This document shows positions 10,713 through 18,463 of a stretch of DNA of 62,285 nucleotides, one piece after another. The notes under the pieces were generated by a model. That model had not been told where the DNA came from, did not search any database, and worked only from the letters and a program-made list of their open reading frames with translations. The translations under genes were made by a program, and so were the position numbers. Source of the DNA: Clostridia bacterium (GTDB lineage: Bacteria; Bacillota; Clostridia; Christensenellales; CAG-138); assembly GCA_030527115.1 (NCBI GenBank), contig JAUNBM010000006.1, positions 1-62,285 on the forward strand. The letters run 5' to 3'. Positions within the stretch are counted from its first letter, which is position 1; every line of letters begins with the position of its first letter.

Positions 10713-10805
10713 TTTTAAAAGGGGAGGGAGGCGCGACTTAGGGGTTCATCGCGCCTCCTTTAGGGGATAAAGCGAACGTTGGGGAACGTTCGTTTTTGGG
10801 GGTGT
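10713..10805 (-). other. Double hairpin with C-rich loops downstream of rpsU (terminator or candidate sRNA)
   Basis: Stems 10727-10736/10749-10758 and 10769-10780/10785-10796; five CCCC runs on the minus strand. Confidence 0.5.
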
Positions 10806-10815
10806 CAACTTAAAA

Positions 10816-10986
10816 TTAATACTTGCGCTTGCGTGCCGCTTCGGCCTTCTTCTTGCGCTTCACGCTCGGCTTTTCATAATGCTCACGGCGGCGTACTTCA
10901 GCCAGCACTCCGCTCCGCGCGCATTTCCGTTTCCACCTTTTGAGTGCGCTCTCGAGGGATTCGTTCTCTCCAACTCGAATTTCCAT
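10816..10986 (-). CDS. rpsU: 30S ribosomal protein bS21
   Basis: Hand-translated: [56 protein letters not shown]; GAGGGGGG RBS; below the ORF-track length cutoff. Confidence 0.97.
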   Translation of the reverse strand: MEIRVGENESLESALKRWKRKCARSGVLAEVRRREHYEKPSVKRKKKAEAARKRKY

Positions 10987-11038
10987 TTCTTTCCCCCCTC
11001 TCTGTGTGGAAGATTGCCGCTTTCAGACGACAGATGTT

Positions 11039-11067
11039 ATTATAGCTCCTTTTATCCGTTTCGTCAA
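11039..11067 (-). promoter_or_regulatory. Sigma-A promoter of rpsU
   Basis: Minus strand TTGACG-17bp-TATAAT. Confidence 0.8.
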
Positions 11068-11101
11068 GCATTTTTGCGCATTTTTCATGGAGGAGGGGAC
11101 C

Positions 11102-11382
11102 GTACTTTTTTCTTTATGAAAAGAAAAAAGTACCAAAAAAGAAACATACAAGAGGGATTCTTTAACCCTCCAAAACGCTAATACTACCGCCTTGCCCCGG
11201 ACATGGGGCAAGGCGGGGGCGAGGCGGGAATAATGTTTTTCTCAATGATATCTCCCACAAAAAACACTCCGCCATGCCCCATGTCCGGGGCATGGCGGGG
11301 GGAAAAGCGTATCTAAATTGTCCAAATTATCCCTGTACGCTTCTTCTTTGGCACTTTCTTCTTCCCGTGAAGAAGAAAGTGC
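11102..11382. repeat. Two ~115-bp structured repeat units in inverted orientation (REP/REPIN or MITE-like)
   Basis: 11102-11216 aligns to the reverse complement of 11269-11382; each unit has an AT-rich 32-bp hairpin and a GC-rich 30-bp hairpin with compensatory substitutions. Confidence 0.75.
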
Positions 11383-11383
11383 G

Positions 11384-11443
11384 AAGAACCCGCGTGAGCG
11401 CATAAGAACCCGCGTGAGCGACTAAGAACCCGCGTGAGCGACT
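11384..11443. repeat. 3x tandem repeat, period 20 bp (AAGAACCCGCGTGAGCG + 3 nt)
   Basis: Identical 17-mers at 11384, 11404 and 11424. Confidence 0.9.
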
Positions 11444-11642
11444 ATATGTCGCTTTCGGGAGCGGGGGTCGGAGTTACCGGCGGCACGGGCGTAGCGTCCC
11501 ACCAGCCCGGTGTGAACGGGACGGCTGAGCCGGAAGGATTATTGGACTGATCGGGCCCGCCCCATTCGGAAGAGCCGGTCAGGCAGTCAGTTGAGTCCAA
11601 CTGCAGTATTGTTATAAGTGGTGGAAGATAAATCTTCTTCAT
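11442..11642 (-). CDS. Small peptide (66 aa) with MKKxYxxP leader-like N-terminus and Pro/Ser/Thr-rich tail
   Basis: ATG 4 nt after the adhesin stop, with a GGAGAGGGAG RBS in the adhesin's last codons; MKKIYLPPLITILQLDSTDCLTGS. Confidence 0.75.
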   Translation of the reverse strand: MKKIYLPPLITILQLDSTDCLTGSSEWGGPDQSNNPSGSAVPFTPGWWDATPVPPVTPTPAPESDI

Positions 11643-11646
11643 AGTT

Positions 11647-14600
11647 TTACGCTCCCTCTCCTGATACTTTGGTCATGCCCCTCACCGCCTGGATATCCAA
11701 TGCCGGATAGTACAGGCTGTAACCGGAGTCGGCAGGCCGCTCGCCTTCCGTCGGCTTGGTGGACTCGTAGTTCCACAAACTCCAGTCAAATATCCTCTGC
11801 GCGCTGTTGTATCTCTGCGTCGAGTATTGGATGGTTTCGACGTTGGTTTCGCTGTCGCGCTTGATTAAGAAGGCTCTGTACATTATGTCCGTATTCGCCT
11901 GCGTTATACGCAGCTTATCATCAATTCCGCCCTGCGAATACATAATGTAGACGATATAGCGGAGGCTCAGGGTGGTATCGTCCCACTGATATATCGGATA
12001 GCCCTGTGCCGCCAGCAAGCCTGCGAGCGTCTCACAGCTTGAAAGTTTAGCCGCGGCTTCCATCTCCTCCGTCCAGGTAATCAAATTGCCGCCGGCGGTA
12101 TTGGCGTATACGAGCGAAGCATAATGCGTAGTTGTGCCGTTCGTAACGCTGGAGATGCTCATAAGATAGTCGTTAACGTTATCCGCCGATGCGATTTGGC
12201 TTGCATAGCCGTCGACATAATAGGAACGCCACAGGTCAACCCAGGAGTAAGGCACGGTCAAAAGCCCGTAGCCGAAGGTATCGCCAACGTCGAGCATCGC
12301 GTCCATCGCTTCCATGCTGAGGTCAGCGCCGAAGCGGATGCCGTCGGTATAGAGCGGCTCATTGCGAGCGTCCGAGCTATGTACGATGTGCGCCTGCGCG
12401 CCGATGATGCTGACCAGCTCGCGGTTGGTGAAGCTGAATGTATTGTTGATCTGCTCCATGATAGAGGCGAAGCGCGCATCGGAGGTTAACCCGCTCTCGA
12501 AGGACGAATAGTAGCGCTCGGTTCCCGACAGAACGCCAACCGTCACCTCCTCAACGTCATACTCATAATAATAGGTAATTCCGTCCTCCAAGGTCTGCCA
12601 GGCGGGCAGGGAGAGCGTAGCCTTGTAAGCTTCGGTTTCCCAGTTATCAATAACGCCGTTCAGCCGCACCAACTGCAGGAGGGTGCGCTCGCCGTCGCCG
12701 GTTTCGGGCGTGGTGGAAACGGTTTGATAGACGTTAAATTCGGCATAATAGTTGAAATTGTCCTTAACGTCCCATTCCTTTTCAATCACCAGCTCGATAT
12801 CCTCACGCGAGAGCGTATTGGTGATGGTGATAACGAAGTTATCCTCAGCGGAGGCTGCCGACAAATAGTAGCCGCCGGTCTCCAGCGTCCGCTCGACCGC
12901 GGTATAAACGTAGGGCAAAACGGTGGTTCCGTCTGCAGCGACATAGTTCACAGGCAGATTAGTAAAAGTATGCTCCCAGTTGTTCCCCGCGTTGAGCTGT
13001 ACGGCGCTTCCGTAGATTTCGCCGTTTTGCAGAAGTCGCACGGTAACCGCAGCCGGCCGCTTTCCGGCGGCGTTATCATCGTCGTCCCACACCTTTTGAA
13101 CGGTTACGCTCTTGATGGGAGAGTTGACAATAGTAGTAGTAGTAGTAGTAGCGACATAGCCGGTAACGTTTGTAACCTCGCTTATGGTATAAACGATATC
13201 ATAGCCGTTGGCTCTCAGCTGAAGCGCCGGCCAGTTATAGGTCCAGTTGTTCTCGGAGCTGAGCGAAACGGTTTCAACCACGGAGGTGGTATAGGTTGAG
13301 CCGTCGGCGGTAACGTGCCGGTACAGCGTAACGTCGATTGGGTCGTGTGCGATTGTGGTAGTGTCCGCCCACTTCTTTTCAACGGTATAGCTCAGCGTCA
13401 GCGGTACATGCGTATTATTGAAGGTAATGCTGTAGCCTGCGTCCGGGGATCCGGTAACGACAGGGGTCGACGAAGTATAATCCGCGATAGTTGAAATCTC
13501 CGCGATGGTATATTGAATCGCGCGAGCGTCCTTATAGGCGGGAAGATTGCTGATAGTCGTTGTCCAAGCGTTGTCGGAGGTCAAAACGAAGTAGCCGTCG
13601 GTGAGCGGAACGTTATCGGCATAAAGCATACCGATAACGCGGGGCGGACGCAGACCGTCCTGGTTGTTCGCATCAATCCACTCCTTAGTAATCGTAACCG
13701 TGGTAAGCTGGGACTCGTGCGTATTGGTGATGGTCGTATGCGTACCCGAGGTTACATAACCCACGGTGTAATCGTAGGTATCTCCGGTTGTCGTATAGAG
13801 ATCCGAGGTTTCGCCCACGGTTTGCGACACCAGATGCGCGCCGTTTGCAACCTGGTTGCCGTTAGCGTCCAGCTCAACAACGGTATAGGTATATCTGTCG
13901 TCGACCGAGTTGGACGAGCCATAGGGCACTTCCCATCTGTAGAACCAGCCGTTTTCGCGATTCAGTTCAACTATGCTGGCGGGGTCGACAACACCACTTC
14001 CATTCAAATAGATGGGGGTGTCGTCCCTAAGCAACTGCACCTTCAGGGAAGCGGGGCGCTTACCGTCGCGGTTGGTGTCGTCAACCCAGCTTTTTTTGAC
14101 CGTGATGGACACATTCTCAACCGGAGTGGTATTGGTTATCCTGAATATGCCGTTCTCATCTACCGTTATGATGGCGGAATAGGCAAGAGCGGTGTTTTCA
14201 ACGTAAGTACCCGTCGCCTCATCCCAGTCATAATAGCCAAGCTCCGCGATATGGTAGTTGATGTTAACAAGTCCCGGCTCATAGCCGCCCTCAATCGCAA
14301 CCAGTCCGATTTCGCATTGCGGAAGATCGGTCCAGGTATAAGCCCAGCTTGTTACAACATTATTGATCGTAGCGATCGTTTCTGCGGTTATATAGACCGG
14401 CTCGCCTACCGCATGGCCGTTTGCAAAGAGCTGAACCAAGACCGCGTCGGGGATATTGTCATAAACCTGAGTGCGCTTTTCTTCGCCGTTTTCAGTAGTA
14501 ACGTTATACCAGGTCTTAGTTGCGGTCTTTTCAATCAGGGGCGAGTTGAATACGTGCAGACCGCCGCCAATGTAGGAATTGAGGCAGGGGTTTGCAATCG

Positions 14601-17247
14601 TAAGCGTATCGCCATCGAGCGAAATCGCCGCGAGCCTCGCATCATCGGCGAGGGCAAAGGTCGTTTGATAGCCCGAAAGTTGTTCGGTGCAAGCCGCATC
14701 CGCCCATTCGGACACGGTATAGGTGTGCCCTTGCGGGATGTCGGTAAAGGTATTCGTCCAGTTGTTGCCCGCGTTCAGCTCAATAACCTCGGATTGGGTG
14801 ATGGTAGTGGAGAGTTTCGTCTCGTTAATGTCCTTAAGACCGTTGACAACGGTATATTCATAGGTGGGCTGTTCCCACTCTATCTTAATATAAACCGGTT
14901 GCGTTGTAGCGTTTTCGCCCCAGTACTTTGTTACCGGCAGGTCGATAAGCTCAGGTTGGATAACCGGCATCTCATAGTGCGCGGACAGGGAGGTGTCGAT
15001 AACGCTGTCCCCGACGTTGTTGATAACATAGCGCACGCGGGAGTGGGCATAGGTGTTGGTAAAGAAGCCGTATTGCGCCGTGCCCGTATAGTCCGTACTG
15101 TCGACGGCATATTGAACTTTGCCGTGATATATCGCTTCATACTCGGTCATGCCCAGGACATTATGCGCGAAGTTAAGGCTGAAAGCCTGATCCGGATACC
15201 CGTTCGTGGTTTCAAAGGTTACCGGGGTCTGGGTGCCGTCGATGGTCACATTAGCGCTGTACTCCTCGGTGTATGCGCTCAAGTTATTTCTGTTGTTATA
15301 CAGCGTATCATAGGCATAGAGCGTCGGTATAACGGGAATGGTTATGGAGACGCTGCGGTTATGCGCCAGCATGTAGCTTTCGTCGAACTCAAGGGTGATG
15401 AACTCGTCGGAGAACATTCCCGCGCCGCTCTTGTCAGGAACGGTATATGTTACGCCGTTATATTCGAGTGTGGTGACTCTATTGGTTACGACAACATAGG
15501 TGGTAGTCCATTTATCGTAGGAGGGAGGATTCGGGTTCGTATTATGCGACAAGCCATTCAAATCCTGATAGAACGCGACGTTTACAAAGCTTGGGTCTCG
15601 AAGGATGAACAAATACCAGCCCTCCTGCGCCGAGCCCACCGGGGCGTCATAGAAGGTTGCCAACAGCTCTGCTGCGCTATTGGCTCCCGAAGCCTGCGCA
15701 ATCTCATCGGTTACGAGGACCATTCTTGCCAGCGTGTCGTCGGTCAAAAGCTGAAGGGCGGAGACATACTGCGAGAGCATATCTACGATGGTAACGTTGC
15801 TGTAGCCCATCGTGATGATGCTTGCGATGTTGTCAAAGGAGTCATGGAAGACCGCCGCAGTATTTCCAAAGTAGGTATACTCCTTCGTAATTTCGGTAAT
15901 GTCGATTGTGGTGGTCGTTCTGTCCGTATTTTGCCGCTCAAACGGTTCAAGCCGATAGATGCCGTCCTGCTGTTGCTCCGCCGCCGTTCCGTAGTATTGC
16001 AAAATCAGAGCCTGAAGCTGCGCCAGGGTGCGGTTGGTCAAACCGTCGACGGCATAGGTTGAGCCGGTCTGGAAATTGGTGTAATTCGTCCCAATGGGAT
16101 AATAGGGGTTGGTTCCGGGCATGGCGCCCGTGCCGATATCGTTGCCAAGCTGGGCGTCCGCCTCAGCATAGGTGATAAGGCCGTTGGCAACGCCGCTGAT
16201 GAGCCGCAAAAAGTTCGGCGCGGTGGGGTAGGCGGACTGAGTGATATCCTCGGTGAACCATTCGTTCAAGCCGACGGTCAGGGTCGTAACGCTGCCGCCG
16301 GACGCCGCCTGGTCGAGTTCATACAGCTTTTCAGCCTCCATTAAGGTCGCTTCAACGGCTATCTTGCGGTAGTCGGTCTTGCCGACCTCGGAGGATAATA
16401 CGGTGTCTTGGCCCGATGCGTTCACTCCGGTGGTCGTAATTATCTTTCCGGCGGAGGTAGCGGTAATGCGAGGCTCGGCAATTTCGCCGGTAATGGAATC
16501 GACATTGGTGGTAGTCGCCGCGCTTCGGCTTTCATCAAGCTTGGTTCTAACTTCTGTGCCGGAGACGATGCTGGCGCGGTTGGGCGCGCCGTCGGTCATA
16601 AATACGACGAAGCTTCGCGCTGTGTCGATGCTCGCGGGACGGTTGGTGGCGATACCGGCGAGTTCATCCGAAATCAGGAGCTGGCGGGCAAGGAAAAGCC
16701 CCGCCTGGGTATTGGTATTGCCCTCAAGACCCGAAAGCGAAAGATTGTTTATCTGACGGCGAATGAGAGCCTGGTCGGAAGTCCAGGTTTGCACAACCTC
16801 TGCGTTGCCCTTGTAACGGACGATCGAAAAGTTGATGCGCGCGCCTTCTACGCCGATGTTGGCGGCTGACTCATAGACGCTGTCGATAAAGTCAAGGGCG
16901 GTTTCCTTCAAAACGGTAAGGGAGGTAACCCGGGTCGTGCCGTCCGAGCCAATCATCGTGTTCTGTTCGATGGACGTGGAAAGGTCTAAAACGAGAACGA
17001 CGTTGGTATCGTAGGTTTGAATCCCGTGTACGTCCAAGGTAAGGTCATAGGTGCCGTCGCCGTTATCGGTAGCGGTCTTATGATGCGCGGGAGGCTCCAA
17101 ATTTCCCAGCGTCTCCGAAACCGGATCGAGCGTGGCGGCCTCCGTCGTTTGAATGTCAATAGAGGGCGCGAAGGCAAGAAGCATGGCAACAGCCAGCAAT
17201 ACCGCCAGTCCCTTCTTAAAGGTCTGTGAAAATGAATGTCTACGCAT
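11647..17247 (-). CDS. Large secreted adhesin: vWA domain plus Cna B-type repeats and a distinct C-terminal domain
   Basis: Signal peptide; DLSTS MIDAS-like, TNTQAGL and FMTDGAPN vWA motifs; repeated K.W.D....G.RP..V.V.L / N.W..TF..LP / ITNT Cna-B units; no LPXTG-TM tail. Confidence 0.85.
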   Translation of the reverse strand: MRRHSFSQTFKKGLAVLLAVAMLLAFAPSIDIQTTEAATLDPVSETLGNLEPPAHHKTATDNGDGTYDLTLDVHGIQTYDTNVVLVLDLSTSIEQNTMIGSDGTTRVTSLTVLKETALDFIDSVYESAANIGVEGARINFSIVRYKGNAEVVQTWTSDQALIRRQINNLSLSGLEGNTNTQAGLFLARQLLISDELAGIATNRPASIDTARSFVVFMTDGAPNRASIVSGTEVRTKLDESRSAATTTNVDSITGEIAEPRITATSAGKIITTTGVNASGQDTVLSSEVGKTDYRKIAVEATLMEAEKLYELDQAASGGSVTTLTVGLNEWFTEDITQSAYPTAPNFLRLISGVANGLITYAEADAQLGNDIGTGAMPGTNPYYPIGTNYTNFQTGSTYAVDGLTNRTLAQLQALILQYYGTAAEQQQDGIYRLEPFERQNTDRTTTTIDITEITKEYTYFGNTAAVFHDSFDNIASIITMGYSNVTIVDMLSQYVSALQLLTDDTLARMVLVTDEIAQASGANSAAELLATFYDAPVGSAQEGWYLFILRDPSFVNVAFYQDLNGLSHNTNPNPPSYDKWTTTYVVVTNRVTTLEYNGVTYTVPDKSGAGMFSDEFITLEFDESYMLAHNRSVSITIPVIPTLYAYDTLYNNRNNLSAYTEEYSANVTIDGTQTPVTFETTNGYPDQAFSLNFAHNVLGMTEYEAIYHGKVQYAVDSTDYTGTAQYGFFTNTYAHSRVRYVINNVGDSVIDTSLSAHYEMPVIQPELIDLPVTKYWGENATTQPVYIKIEWEQPTYEYTVVNGLKDINETKLSTTITQSEVIELNAGNNWTNTFTDIPQGHTYTVSEWADAACTEQLSGYQTTFALADDARLAAISLDGDTLTIANPCLNSYIGGGLHVFNSPLIEKTATKTWYNVTTENGEEKRTQVYDNIPDAVLVQLFANGHAVGEPVYITAETIATINNVVTSWAYTWTDLPQCEIGLVAIEGGYEPGLVNINYHIAELGYYDWDEATGTYVENTALAYSAIITVDENGIFRITNTTPVENVSITVKKSWVDDTNRDGKRPASLKVQLLRDDTPIYLNGSGVVDPASIVELNRENGWFYRWEVPYGSSNSVDDRYTYTVVELDANGNQVANGAHLVSQTVGETSDLYTTTGDTYDYTVGYVTSGTHTTITNTHESQLTTVTITKEWIDANNQDGLRPPRVIGMLYADNVPLTDGYFVLTSDNAWTTTISNLPAYKDARAIQYTIAEISTIADYTSSTPVVTGSPDAGYSITFNNTHVPLTLSYTVEKKWADTTTIAHDPIDVTLYRHVTADGSTYTTSVVETVSLSSENNWTYNWPALQLRANGYDIVYTISEVTNVTGYVATTTTTTIVNSPIKSVTVQKVWDDDDNAAGKRPAAVTVRLLQNGEIYGSAVQLNAGNNWEHTFTNLPVNYVAADGTTVLPYVYTAVERTLETGGYYLSAASAEDNFVITITNTLSREDIELVIEKEWDVKDNFNYYAEFNVYQTVSTTPETGDGERTLLQLVRLNGVIDNWETEAYKATLSLPAWQTLEDGITYYYEYDVEEVTVGVLSGTERYYSSFESGLTSDARFASIMEQINNTFSFTNRELVSIIGAQAHIVHSSDARNEPLYTDGIRFGADLSMEAMDAMLDVGDTFGYGLLTVPYSWVDLWRSYYVDGYASQIASADNVNDYLMSISSVTNGTTTHYASLVYANTAGGNLITWTEEMEAAAKLSSCETLAGLLAAQGYPIYQWDDTTLSLRYIVYIMYSQGGIDDKLRITQANTDIMYRAFLIKRDSETNVETIQYSTQRYNSAQRIFDWSLWNYESTKPTEGERPADSGYSLYYPALDIQAVRGMTKVSGEGA

Positions 17248-17283
17248 AATAATATTCTCCCATCAAACAGTATTCACGCTAAC

Positions 17284-17312
17284 ATTATAAACGAATCCCA
17301 AAATAAATGCAA
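17284..17312 (-). promoter_or_regulatory. Sigma-A promoter of adhesin gene
   Basis: Minus strand TTGCAT-17bp-TATAAT. Confidence 0.7.
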
Positions 17313-17446
17313 CTTTTAATTTAAGAAAAAACTATGAAAAAAGCGCGAAAAAAACTATCCGCGAAAGAAGCGGGAAAAAGCCCGTGACAAAGCTTTGGCG
17401 GGCGAAACTTAGTTGTAAACGGACATTTTTTGCCCGGGCGAGGGAG

Positions 17447-17475
17447 TTGACGCGGGGCTTCTTTTGAAGTATGAT
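17447..17475 (+). promoter_or_regulatory. Sigma-A promoter of C39-like peptidase gene
   Basis: TTGACG-17bp-TATGAT, then AAGGAGGT RBS. Confidence 0.65.
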
Positions 17476-17509
17476 AAGCTTAAAGAAAGTTTAAAGGAGG
17501 TAGCGGCGG

Positions 17510-18370
17510 ATGCGCGGAAAACTTTCAAAGCTTTTGTTGCCCTTGCTCGTTGCGGGCGTGCTTTGCCTTGCCTTCTATCCGTTTTGCGGCGAACGGCGCG
17601 CCCATGCCGACGTCCTGGACGTTCAGCCTCCTGAGGATATGCTGGAGGAACTCGTTGAGGCGGAGGGGGCGGCGCTCCATTATCCTGCGCTTCTCGATTT
17701 GGAAATTCAAAAGGAAGTGGCAATAGAGCAGAGCGATGAGGGCTGCGTGGTCAGCGCCGCCGCTATGTTGCTTCGCAGAGCCTTGATTATCAACGGCGAA
17801 AGTTTGGAGGTTTGGGCGGAGATAACGGAGGATTTCGTTATAAGGAAGGACGGCAACAAGGCGCTGAACTACCGGATTCTTTTCAACGTCAACGGGAGGG
17901 AATACCATCTTTTCCGCAAATGCACCTCCAACTGGCAGATGCCGGACGATATCGAGGGCTGGAAAGCTTTGCTCAACGAGCATCCCGAGGGCTTGCTGAT
18001 ATGGTGCGACAGGGGCGGTTCAAAGCACGGCGTGGTGCTCACCCACTATTCCGGAAACGATTTTTACTGCCTCGATTCCGCATCGGGTTACAGCGACAAG
18101 GGGCTGATGAAGCTTGAAAACAGCCTGATGGGGCGAAGATACGGTGAAACGGCGGAGGAAGTTCTGCTCTCGTCTTATATGAAGGGGCTTTGGGTGATAG
18201 ATTCAGGCGTCGACTATATCGAACACATTCCCAACCAAGACGGAATCTGCTCAATTTGCGGGCTGAGCGTCAAGCTGGAAAAGCCCCAGCCGCCCGCGCC
18301 CAAAAACGCGGAAGAGCAAAGAAACGTCATCAAAAACGGTATGCTTATTCACACTTTGGAAACCCAATAG
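17510..18370 (+). CDS. Secreted C39-like (papain-fold) cysteine peptidase
   Basis: Signal peptide; Q...GC...A.AMLL, KHGVVL and CLDSASG fit a Q/C/H/D catalytic arrangement; small H...GICSICG motif near the C-terminus. Confidence 0.6.
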   Translation: MRGKLSKLLLPLLVAGVLCLAFYPFCGERRAHADVLDVQPPEDMLEELVEAEGAALHYPALLDLEIQKEVAIEQSDEGCVVSAAAMLLRRALIINGESLEVWAEITEDFVIRKDGNKALNYRILFNVNGREYHLFRKCTSNWQMPDDIEGWKALLNEHPEGLLIWCDRGGSKHGVVLTHYSGNDFYCLDSASGYSDKGLMKLENSLMGRRYGETAEEVLLSSYMKGLWVIDSGVDYIEHIPNQDGICSICGLSVKLEKPQPPAPKNAEEQRNVIKNGMLIHTLETQ

Positions 18371-18463
18371 CCAAACCCCGCCTGCACGGCGATGATTTTG
18401 CCCTTTATTTGCGCCGCATTATATGTTATAATAATTCAAAATCGGCACAAGCGAGGTAGCAAA

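Noticed and set aside
10879-11211. Short ORFs 10879..11181 (+) and 11023..11211 (-)
   Set aside because: They overlap rpsU, its promoter and the repeat element; no coding features
11384-11443. Possible mini CRISPR array
   Set aside because: Repeats are separated by only 3 nt, with no unique spacers and no cas genes
11442-11642. Lasso peptide biosynthetic cluster
   Set aside because: Leader resemblance only; no cyclase, B1/B2 proteins or exporter in the window
13513-16062. 849-aa plus-strand ORF
   Set aside because: Antisense shadow of the adhesin; no RBS or recognisable domain, and expected from codon bias
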